Part shown: one piece after another, positions 20,294 through 28,117 of the stretch
Position numbering within the stretch: position 1 is the first letter of the stretch
How the letters are laid out: each line of letters starts with the position of its first letter
IMG/VR virus record: IMGVR_UViG_3300036715_003906
Location: 187,475-251,474 of that record
Length of the DNA stretch: 64,000 bases
Reading direction: 5' to 3' (one strand)
Position numbers and translations under genes: made by a program
Notes under the pieces: model-generated
Seen by the model: the letters and a program-made list of their open reading frames with translations, nothing else
Told to the model about the DNA's origin: nothing
Databases searched by the model: none

Positions 20294-20376
20294 CGGAGCG
20301 CGGAGGAGTCGAACCCCTGTCACAAGGGACCCCCGGTTTTCGAGACCGGTGTCCCGCCGCCGGGACGTCACGCTCC
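20294..20376 (-). tRNA. tRNA-Ser(CGA)
   Basis: Long variable arm; loop CUCGAAA. Confidence 0.85.
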
Positions 20377-20545
20377 AGATTCCCGTCGATTGAAGGTGCG
20401 AATCCGGTGGCAGTTGGCACACACCAGCGCACGCTTCGCGATCTCCGCGAGAAGGGTCTCCCGCGACTTGGCCTGGCCCAGCATCCAGGACACGTTGCCC
20501 ACCTTGTCACCGTGACAAGGGTCGAAACTACCTGCTTCGCAGGCA
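20368..20545 (-). pseudogene. HNH endonuclease C-terminal remnant
   Basis: FD..GDKVGNVSWM...LLAEIAK..LVCANCHRIRT; no N-terminus or start codon. Confidence 0.65.
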
Positions 20546-20565
20546 GTAAGCAAGTTTCGTAGTCG

Positions 20566-20638
20566 CGCTGTAGGTGGGAATCGAACCCACACAAACTGGT
20601 TTCGTAGACCAGTGCCCTGTCCGTTAGGCGACCACAGC
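20566..20638 (-). tRNA. tRNA-Arg(ACG)
   Basis: Cloverleaf; loop CUACGAA. Confidence 0.92.
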
Positions 20639-20729
20639 AAAACGTCGGGGCTCTTGCAGACCACGAGAGGAGGCTCGGCCCCCTTTGGGCCTCTCTTCCC
20701 TCCGGGTGCCTTCCGCAAGTGTACCCCCG

Positions 20730-20801
20730 TCAGGGTGGCCGGGATCGAACCGGCCGCATCCTGCATCCAAAGCAGGCGCCCCTCCCTGGGGCTTCACCCT
20801 G
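20730..20801 (-). tRNA. tRNA-Pro(UGG)
   Basis: C1-G72, A73; loop UUUGGAU. Confidence 0.9.
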
Positions 20802-21099
20802 GTTGTCGAACCAGATCGATCCGGCCCTGGGGCGTCGCCACCCCCTGCCGCACCTCCGCCACCTCCTCCGCCGTCCACCCCGGACGGCGGACCCGCAGCG
20901 AGGCGGGTGTTCACCGCCACGATGCCGATCCGGGGGACCTCGTTGCCGACCCTGGACCCGATCGGACGGGCCAAGGGGTTGTCCGCGGGGAAGGGCTGCT
21001 CCTTGCGAAGCAGCGCCTGCTCCCGGACGGTCTGGAGGAGCTGGAAGATGCAGGTGTACTGGGCCATCGTGACCCAGGTGTAGCATGACGATTTTTCTG

Positions 21100-21170
21100 T
21101 GTGACGCCTGGGGGTCGAACCCAGCTCCACTGATTCACAGACAGTCCCCGTCCCGGACGGGTAGCGCCAC
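21100..21170 (-). tRNA. tRNA-His(GUG), lacking encoded G-1/C73
   Basis: Loop CUGUGAA; A73. Confidence 0.75.
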
Positions 21171-21173
21171 AGA

Positions 21174-21307
21174 GGCAACGACAAAGAGTGCCGAGACGTT
21201 TTCGTGTGCTGCCCTTACACCACCCCGGGACACTGGACCCGGGGCCTGGACTCGAACCAGGTCCACGACCTTCGATTGGTGTAATCCCAGCGAGGTCATT
21301 CGTTGCC
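21174..21307 (-). ncRNA. yrlA: YrlA-type Y RNA (permuted tRNA-like domain)
   Basis: GGCAACGA-AUG ... T arm CCUGG-UUCGAGU-CCAGG, loop-closed acceptor CCCCGGG/CCCGGGG, D arm GUGU-AAGGGCA-GCAC ... CUUUG-UCGUUGCC. Confidence 0.85.
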
Positions 21308-21308
21308 G

Positions 21309-21380
21309 TCAGCCTGGCGAGAATCGAACTCGCTGCCTCTTCGTCCCCAACGAAGCGCGCTACCGATGCGCTACAGGCTG
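21309..21380 (-). tRNA. tRNA-Pro(GGG)
   Basis: Cloverleaf; loop UUGGGGA. Confidence 0.9.
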
Positions 21381-21401
21381 TAGGACCCCTTGCGGGGCCT
21401 G

Positions 21402-21486
21402 CGGAAGAGGGAGGACTCGAACCCCCGTCCCTTGCGGGACTCATCTCGTTTCCAACGAGCGCCCCGGCCTCCGGGGTTCCTCTTCC
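21402..21486 (-). tRNA. tRNA-Ser(GGA)
   Basis: Long variable arm, G73. Confidence 0.85.
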
Positions 21487-21543
21487 ATTGTTGGTGGGAC
21501 CGGCGCAAGGCCGACCTCGTTCCCCGGACAAACCGGCACCCTG

Positions 21544-21617
21544 TGCTCACGGTGGGAGTCGAACCCACAAATCCCCGGGTTTGAGTCGGGTGCCTATGCC
21601 GGTTCGGCTACGAGAGC
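21544..21617 (-). tRNA. tRNA-Leu(CAA) without long variable arm
   Basis: Leu-type D arm, loop CUCAAAC, 5-nt variable loop. Confidence 0.75.
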
Positions 21618-21618
21618 A

Positions 21619-21706
21619 TGGTGCAGTCGGGGGGACTCGAACCCCCATGGCCACAAGGGCCGCCAGTCTCTCAAACTGGTGCGTCTACCGTCTTCGCCAC
21701 GACTGC
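21619..21706 (-). tRNA. tRNA-Leu(GAG)
   Basis: Type II cloverleaf with encoded CCA. Confidence 0.93.
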
Positions 21707-21763
21707 ATGAAGACCGACCGGACGTGAAGGGTGCGTCTGCCAAGTCCTCCCCACCTCCGGTCG

Positions 21764-21850
21764 TGGTGCGAACGGGGGGCCTCGAACCCCCACGCCCTCA
21801 AGGAGCGCCACGTTCTGAGCGTGGTGCGTCTACCGTTCCGCCACGTTCGC
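21764..21850 (-). tRNA. tRNA-Leu(CAG)
   Basis: Type II cloverleaf with encoded CCA. Confidence 0.93.
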
Positions 21851-21913
21851 ATTCGGTCCTTGAAGGTTCTGCCCAGGGCCGTGAGGCAAACAGGGGCAGG
21901 CCCAAGGGCCCGG

Positions 21914-21986
21914 TCGGATCGGAGGGGATCGAACCCTCCCGCACCTGTCTGTCAAACAGGGGGCCCCACCAGGGACCGGCGATCCG
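21914..21986 (-). tRNA. tRNA-Val(GAC), long D stem
   Basis: Loop UUGACAG; D arm GGUCCC-UGGU-GGGGCC. Confidence 0.8.
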
Positions 21987-22134
21987 TTGAGTGCTTCGAG
22001 CAGGCCCTCGGGGCTTAGAGGCCCTTGGCCACGCCAGGGGAGCGACCCCCAGCCCGACACCCATCCTCCCGGCCCATCAGAGGTTCATGACGCCTCCCGA
22101 GCTAGGTCTACGAGCGCCGTACCCTCACGCACAG

Positions 22135-22216
22135 TCGGGGTAGCAGGAATCGAACCTGCTGTTGGCTTTCGCCTCTTGGTCCCGAACCAAGCGCCATCCC
22201 AATAGGCGATACCCCG
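22135..22216 (-). tRNA. tRNA-Pro(CGG) with an extra variable hairpin
   Basis: Loop UUCGGGA; variable region A-GGC-GAAA-GCC-AACA. Confidence 0.8.
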
Positions 22217-22356
22217 ATGATGCCTCCCCGTGGGCCAGGTGCGGGAGGCGGCCACCGTCAACGGCACCCTCGCGGGTGTAGCCCCTCGTACCAGGTCTAG
22301 TCCCCCAGCTCGTTGCGGCGGGGGTCCCTGGCCGAGATTGTCCCCTGCGGGACCCG

Positions 22357-22427
22357 TCGGACTCGTGGGGATCGAACCCACCTGACCTGCGTGTGGGGCA
22401 GGCGCCCTCCCAGAAGGCGAGAGTCCG
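22357..22427 (-). tRNA. tRNA-Val(CAC), C33
   Basis: Loop CCCACAC. Confidence 0.75.
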
Positions 22428-22428
22428 G

Positions 22429-22508
22429 TGTAGCGAGTGGGGATCGAACCCACCCCGGCAAAGCCAGCGGTTTTACAGACCACCTGTGCCACCAGGCACC
22501 TTCGCTAC
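22429..22508 (-). tRNA. tRNA-Tyr(GUA)
   Basis: Loop CUGUAAA; variable hairpin; A73. Confidence 0.85.
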
Positions 22509-22540
22509 GTAGCGCCGACCCCCTCGCGGAGATCGACTCG

Positions 22541-22612
22541 TGGTACGGGTGGGAGTCGAACCCACCCGATCCGTGTATCAGACGGAGCCCCCCAACCAGG
22601 GAGAACAGTACC
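22541..22612 (-). tRNA. tRNA-Ile(GAU)
   Basis: Loop CUGAUAC. Confidence 0.8.
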
Positions 22613-22620
22613 GTGTTGCG

Positions 22621-22782
22621 ACGACAAGGGGCGTAGAAGATCGATAGGGATAAGCCCGACCCTCTCCAGGGTTGGAACACGGCAGGGCGGAGCCCCGCCA
22701 TCCGCCCCCGACCCGAAGGGCAGGTCGCGGGCAGGTGGCGCGGGGTCTACTACCATTACCATCCTGCACTCCGTGCATTCGT
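22621..22782 (-). ncRNA. Long Y-RNA-like element with an unrecognised cargo domain
   Basis: ACGA-AUG ... CUUG-UCGU ends; internal GACC..UUCG..GGUC and GC-rich hairpins. Confidence 0.5.
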
Positions 22783-22856
22783 GGGGCCCCTGGGAATCGA
22801 ACCCAGACCTTCCCGTCTTCAGCGGGACGCTTACGTACCAAGTCAGCTTGGACCCC
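22782..22856 (-). tRNA. tRNA-Phe(GAA)
   Basis: Loop CUGAAGA. Confidence 0.88.
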
Positions 22857-22859
22857 GAA

Positions 22860-22924
22860 CAGACCGACAACCCTGTCGCAAGTGGGCTTTTGGTTGGATG
22901 TACACCAGCGACGCATTCAGCCTG
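22860..22924 (-). ncRNA. Minimal Y-RNA-like element
   Basis: CAGGCUGA-AUG-C-GUCGC ... UACAUCCAACCAAAA ... GCGAC-AGGG-UUG-UCGGUCUG. Confidence 0.65.
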
Positions 22925-22997
22925 GCGCTCCCAGGGGGTATCGATCCCCCTTCCCTACGCTGAGAACGTAGTATCCTAGCCACTAGACGATGGGAGC
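22923..22997 (-). tRNA. tRNA-Glu(CUC)
   Basis: Loop UUCUCAG; encoded CCA; T loop AUCGAUA. Confidence 0.88.
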
Positions 22998-23006
22998 ATG
23001 AAGAAA

Positions 23007-23136
23007 ACGGCGACAAGGAAGCTGCCGAGACTTTTTTGGCGTCCTACCCTTAGACGATCCCCAGCTTGCGCCGGAGAGGAGGAATCGAACCCCCATTTCC
23101 ACATGGGCAATGGAGTCCCTGCAAGGCATTCACCGC
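23007..23136 (-). ncRNA. yrlA: YrlA-type Y RNA (permuted tRNA-like domain)
   Basis: GCGGUGA-AUG ... T arm GGGGG-UUCGAUU-CCUCC, acceptor closed by a GCAA tetraloop, D arm GUCU-AAGGGU-AGGAC ... CUUG-UCGCCGU. Confidence 0.85.
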
Positions 23137-23208
23137 TGGCACCCCGTGTGGGAATCGAACCCGACCCCGGATTTCAATCCAGTGCTCTACCGATTGAGCT
23201 ACCCCGGC
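23137..23208 (-). pseudogene. Chimeric tRNA-Phe-like pseudogene
   Basis: Canonical D arm, 6-nt loop UUGAAA, 3-bp T stem; the acceptor strands do not pair. Confidence 0.6.
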
Positions 23209-23266
23209 GTCGCCACACTGCATCGCGTTCACCCCCGCGCAGGGGAAGGGCCTGTGGCAAGCCCCT

Positions 23267-23342
23267 TGGAGCTGGTCGTGGGAGTCGAACCCACCTGATC
23301 CGCGTTACGAGTGCGGTGCCCTCCCACGAGGACGAGACCAGC
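23267..23342 (-). tRNA. tRNA-Thr(CGU)
   Basis: Loop CUCGUAA; encoded CCA. Confidence 0.9.
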
Positions 23343-23645
23343 AGAAGCGACAGGGGGTCGTACTCCCCCCCGTCCAAGACACCCGTGATCCAAACGGGCA
23401 CCTCTTTCTCCCCGCCACCGCCCCCTTACAAGGGCGTCCGGGGTCAAGAGCACGGTCAGGGCGTCGAACCCCCAGTGTTCCCCAGGGGGCTGGAACCCCC
23501 CGGCACCTTGCGCCTCGCCTCGGGGCCCTACGACGACCGGGATCCCAGTCCCTGCCGCCAGTACCCTCCGTCGCCGCCACTGCACATAGTGGACCGAGGG
23601 CGAACCCCCAGCCCTAGCTCCGGCCCTCACGGTCCGGAACCGTCG

Positions 23646-23717
23646 CGACTCGCCTGGGAATCGAACCCAGCCTTCACCGGTTAACAGCCTGCCGCCCCAC
23701 CTTGAGGCCAACGAGTC
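23646..23717 (-). tRNA. tRNA-Asn(GUU)
   Basis: Loop CUGUUAA; G73. Confidence 0.8.
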
Positions 23718-23771
23718 AAACCCCGGGATCTTCACTCCGTTTTCAGGAGTGAGAGGACGACCCGGGTACAG

Positions 23772-23845
23772 GTTCCAAGGGCAGGAATCGAACCTGCCTG
23801 TGCTGCGCATGAAAACTAGCACACCCCGCCTCGGGGTCCCTGGAA
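23772..23845 (-). ncRNA. tRNA-like element with a distorted anticodon arm
   Basis: UUCCAGGG/CCUUGGAA stem, short D arm, intact T arm, 13-nt central loop. Confidence 0.5.
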
Positions 23846-24046
23846 TGGCCCGGCCGATTGCCTCACGGCAGCGTCCGGGCTGTCTTTTCTTAGACGATCA
23901 GGAGAGGTCCACTCTACGACGCAGGCCCGACCGCTGGAGCCCCCGGGAGGGGTCGGTCACGCTTCGGCTGCTACACCCCTCACAGGGTCCGCTTCGTTTC
24001 TCTCATCCTGCCAGATTGTCAAGGATCAGGCCCCTTGCGGGACCAG

Positions 24047-24114
24047 CACCGGTGGAAGGACTCGAACCCTCGTGACGACGGTCAGAGCGTCGCTGCCCGC
24101 CTTGGGGCACCGGA
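24047..24114 (-). tRNA. tRNA-Gln(CUG), short D arm, U1.U72
   Basis: Loop CUCUGAC; G73. Confidence 0.75.
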
Positions 24115-24122
24115 ATACGGAG

Positions 24123-24193
24123 TGGAACCAGAGGGGATCGAACCCTCTCCTGACCGTTAAGAGCGGCCTGCTCTACCCTCGAGCTAGGGTTCC
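24123..24193 (-). tRNA. tRNA-Lys(CUU)
   Basis: Loop CUCUUAA. Confidence 0.9.
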
Positions 24194-24456
24194 GTTTTCT
24201 TGCTACCCTGTTGCTACCGATGCTCTCCCTTACGCGCCGTCCTCTGCTTCCCTGACGGCCTGGTTCTGCTGCTCCGTGACAAACCCATGCCCGGGCTGCG
24301 GATACGCGCGGGTGAGGGTGGCCAAGGACATGGATGTTGCAATGACACCGCTGATCTGGGCCTGCAACACCTTTCGACAGGGGACGTTCATTTCGGTAGG
24401 GGGGTGTAGGGCGCGGCCTGGAGGGTACAAAAGGTCTTTGTCGGGGGAGCAAGGAG

Positions 24457-25059
24457 GTGGACCCCACGCACATGACCTTCCTCCGTCAAGCCTCCCTGGC
24501 CCGGCCGACCCGAACCTTCACCAGCCAGGTCTTCGGGGGGCCGTGGGACGCCTTCGTCGAGCGCTGGGCCCCGGTGGTCCATGCCTTCGTCGGGGGTGCC
24601 CTCGGGCCCTACGGGACGGAGCCCGGGGAGATCATCCTCCCCCTTGCGGACGTCGACCACGCCTCGGGGGCCACGGCCTCCTTTCAGCCGGGGACGGGCC
24701 AGGTCCGCCTCTCGACCGTCACCGCGGGCCTCCCGGGGATGACCCTGGAGAAGCTCACCCACGAGATGATCCACGGCTCGCTCTCCCAGTTCCCGGAAGG
24801 GGACCCCTTCTACGAGGAGGGCTTCGTCGACTTCTCGACCTGGCTCCTCGCTCACGCGCCCGTCTGGGGGGAGCACCGGCAGGCGATGATCGACGCGGCG
24901 GCCTACAACATCGGCCAGCGGCGGGACCGGGCCATGAAGGGGGTCTCCGACTACGACCGGAAGCGCTGGGCCGGCGGGACCTACGCCATGCTCGCCCACG
25001 GCCCCTGGCTCATCTCCCGCCTCAAGATGAAGAAGGCCGAGCTGGACTTCACCTGGTAA
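24457..25059 (+). CDS. HExxH zinc-metallopeptidase-like protein
   Basis: LTHEMIH...YEEGFVD; AGGAG Shine-Dalgarno. Confidence 0.65.
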   Translation: MDPTHMTFLRQASLARPTRTFTSQVFGGPWDAFVERWAPVVHAFVGGALGPYGTEPGEIILPLADVDHASGATASFQPGTGQVRLSTVTAGLPGMTLEKLTHEMIHGSLSQFPEGDPFYEEGFVDFSTWLLAHAPVWGEHRQAMIDAAAYNIGQRRDRAMKGVSDYDRKRWAGGTYAMLAHGPWLISRLKMKKAELDFTW

Positions 25060-25311
25060 CTTGGCCGCGGCCTTGGCCTCCTTGCGGATCGCCTTGCCGT
25101 GCGTGCCGATGAAGGCCGCCCGGGCTTCCTCGCTCAGCCACTCGCAGCGCTCGTCCTCCGCCGTCTGCTCGACGACCGACCCGACCGCTGCCCGACCGAC
25201 CTCCTCGACCACGACGGTGCCCTTGGGGGACACGGTGCCGTTGATCGTGTACTCGACGGCGCCGACGTGGAAGGAGAGGGCGAAGGTCTTGTTGTTGAGG
25301 TAGCTGGCCAT
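25060..25311 (-). CDS. Small early protein (3' end uncertain; frame open to 24388)
   Basis: ATG 4 nt after the TTGATT-N17-TAGTAG motif. Confidence 0.55.
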
Positions 25312-25603
25312 GACACTACTACGCAGTGCCCCCCCGGGAATCAAAAGCTGGGTCGTGTACATTTTGCAAAATGCCGACGGGCTCCTCTACACGGGGATCA
25401 CGAACGACCTCCCGCGCCGGGTCGGGCGACACAATCGGGGCCAGGGGGCCCGGTACACGAAGGGCCGCGGGCCCTGGTCCGTGGCTTACACGGAGCCCGC
25501 CGAGGGGCACGGGGCGGCGCTCCGACGGGAGCGGGCGATCAAGAAGCTCAGCCGGGCCCAGAAGCGGAGGATGATCACTTCTCCTGGGGGAGCGACGCCA
25601 TGA
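25310..25603 (+). CDS. GIY-YIG nuclease (YhbQ/UPF0213-like); start uncertain
   Basis: VYIL...LYTGITNDL.RR..HN.G.GARYT.GR.PW...A..RE..IK. Confidence 0.85.
   Translation: MTLLRSAPPGIKSWVVYILQNADGLLYTGITNDLPRRVGRHNRGQGARYTKGRGPWSVAYTEPAEGHGAALRRERAIKKLSRAQKRRMITSPGGATP
25316..25344 (-). promoter_or_regulatory. Class A (early-type) promoter TTGATT-N17-TAGTAG
   Basis: One of 13 near-identical copies. Confidence 0.8.
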
Positions 25604-28070
25604 GGTCGAAGCCCTCCCGCTGGGCCGCTTCCTCGCGGGCGACCCGGAGGGCGTAGGCCACGCGGGAGGAGGCGATCTGGTGGTAGACGGGGTCACGCTC
25701 GATCCCGACGAAGGAGAAGCCCTCCTCCGTTGCCGCGACCAGGGTGGATCCCGAGCCCGAGAAGGGGTCGAGAACCGTGCCCCCGGGGGGCGTGATGAGC
25801 CGGCAGAAGTACCGCATGAGCTTCACGGGCTTCGTGGTGGGGTGGTGGTTCTTGCTCTTGCTCCCCTGCGTCTCCTCCCACTCGGGCTCGGGGCAGGTGC
25901 AGTGCGGCTGCCCGAACTTGACGTGGCCGCAGAGCTGACACCGACGGTTGCTCTGGGTCGAGACCGTCTGCTCCACCAGCGTGTGCTGGGCCCTCGCCTC
26001 GACGTCCTCCTCGAACCCCTGGTTGCGCTCCCGGGTCGTGATCTTGCCGCAGTAGAAGAAGGGGACGTCCACCTCGGGCTCGAAGGTCTGGAAAAAGCGG
26101 GAGGCGCCGCCCCCATCACCGTAATCGACACCTGCGTACCCGGGAACGCCGGGGAAGTCCCCCTTGAAGCTACGCTGGGGCTGCGTGCGAGCCAGGGCCC
26201 GCGGACCCCCACTGCTCTTTTCCACACCGCTCTGCTCGTCGAGGGCGCGGACGGGGCACCCCTCCTCGCACTCGTAGACGTCCACCTGCTCGTACGGCTT
26301 CCGCTCGGACGTGTAGGGCTTCCCCTCCCCGCCGTAGTCGTACCGGAGCTTCCCCTCGTACCGGTTCATGAGGGGCACGGGCGCCACCCGCTCCCCGACC
26401 TTCCGGCACGTCGGGCTGTGGGATAGGACCAGGTGCGCCGGCCAGCGACCCGACGTGGACGTAGGCTGCGCCTGTGCGGGATTCTCGGACCCCTCGCGGT
26501 AAGGGGACCAGAGCTTGCCCGACCCGCCGACCGGGGGCTCCGTCGTGCTGACCCGGCAGGCGTCGATGTGGAGGGCGCCCGTGCCGTGCTCCTTGACGTT
26601 CGCCGCCACGGTCCCCCGGAGCGGCTTTCGGATGAGCCACCAGTCCTCGACCGCCGGCTTGAGGGATGTCCCCCACCCCTCCCACTCCCCGGCCCGCTCG
26701 GGCGCCTTCCCCTTCGTGAGCGCCTTCGCCACGTTCAGGGACTTGGGAAAGCCGCTGTTCCCCGTGATGAAAACCTTGCCCTTGCGACGGGCCACGAAGG
26801 CCCCCTTGGGGACGCGGAGGCACCAGACGTCCCCGGCATAGAACTCGGGCGGAGAACGGAGGTTGAAGGTCGACAGCGTGGTGTCAGCGTGCCGCGTGAC
26901 CCCCACGTAACCCCCCTCGCGCGCCGCCCGGGCTGTGTTGTGCCCGCGCCACCCCACCAGGGAGAGGAGCGTCGTGAACCACTCCCGATCCTCGGGGGAC
27001 TTCTGCTCCAGGGACATGCTGCCGCCCCCCCGCTTCAGCGAGGGCTTCGACGTGGTGCCATCTCCCCGGACCGCGGCCCGGAGGAAGGCACGTTTCTCCC
27101 CGAGGGTCATGCCCCAGAGCAGCTCATAGGTCGGGTGCTTGTCCGGGAGATCCCGACGAATACGCTCCGCCATGTCTCCCGTGAAGGACCAGGTGATCAT
27201 CTGGTAAGGACGCGGCCCTTCGTGCCGGGACTCGTAGGTCCGATCGTAGGCGTACCGGCTGTGCTTGCCCCCCGCGTCCCCAAGGAGTGCGTCAATCTCG
27301 GCCACCTTGTCCGGGTTGACCGAGGACTGGTAGATGCGAACGCCGCGCCCCTTGCGGTCGTACCCACCCTCCGTCCAGACCCACCCGAGCAGAGAAGCGT
27401 ACTCCTCACCTCCGATCCCAGGGCCCTCGTGAAGCCCCGCGAGCGGGAGGCGTTTCGGGGACGAACGGGATACCTCGGAGACCTCTGCCACGCGGTACGC
27501 GCTCCACCGCTTCCAGAGGGAGGTCCTGTGCCAGACCCGATGGTTGGGCGTCAGGAGCTGATCGGTGTCGGCGTTGCGCAGGACCACGAGATCACCCTCC
27601 CAGGGCGCGCGGAAGGTCTCCTCGACAGCCGCGAGAGTGATCGCTTCGGTCCCGGGGTCCCACTGGGCCACCCTGTCCCCCACTCGCACATCCAAACCCT
27701 TGATCCACCCCGCAGGGGTCAGCACCTCGACGTCATCCGTCAGGCACCCGAAGACGTGGCCGATCCGGTCGCGGATCTCGAAGCCCGCGTTCTCCAGGGC
27801 GAGAGCCGTCCAGTGCGAGGTCCGAGGCAGGGCCCAGAACAGGCCATGGGCGCCGGGCTTCAGGATGCGGAAGCACTCCCGGGCGACCTCCTCGAGGAAG
27901 GCCACGAACCCCTCCCGGGCCGAGCAAGAACTGTCCCCGAAGGAGTCCCACTCCTGACCCATGAAGGAGATACCGGCTGGCTATGGGGGATCCGTGACGA
28001 TGGAGTCCACCGAACCCGTCGGGAGGCGACGCAGAACGTCGAGGCAATCCCCAAGGATAACCTTGTTCAT
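25575..28070 (-). CDS. N4/N6 amino-DNA methyltransferase with an intein and an in-frame TAG at codon 30
   Basis: MNKVILGDCL...VTDPP*PAGISFMG; HPTTKP; VLDPFSGSGST (beta-class motif order). Confidence 0.85.
26757..27746 (-). mobile_element. Intein (330 aa) with a LAGLIDADG-type endonuclease
   Basis: Starts CLTDDVEVLTPAGW, block B TPNHR, LLGWVWTEG and FLRAAVRGDG, ends VWCLRVP...ITGN/S. Removing it restores HVFG-SGFPKS. Confidence 0.92.
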
Positions 28071-28117
28071 GTAGGCTTCGATTTGAACGTCGCTCATAGC
28101 TGCGGTATAAACCTGGT

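Noticed and set aside
17706-21283. UACACC in Y-like RNA loops is complementary to the GGTGTA promoter motif (6S-like mimicry)
   Set aside because: It is only a 6-nt match in two copies, too little to support without data.
16698-24200. ORF-track proteins across the tRNA array
   Set aside because: They are translations of tRNA or ncRNA sequence (recurring GIEP, GSIP, VRFP). I kept only the HNH, the C1 protease, one small membrane ORF and the HNH remnant.
27981-27983. Genome-wide TAG recoding (genetic code 15)
   Set aside because: TAG ends well-defined genes such as nrdA and the 16872 HNH, and no CUA-anticodon tRNA was found.
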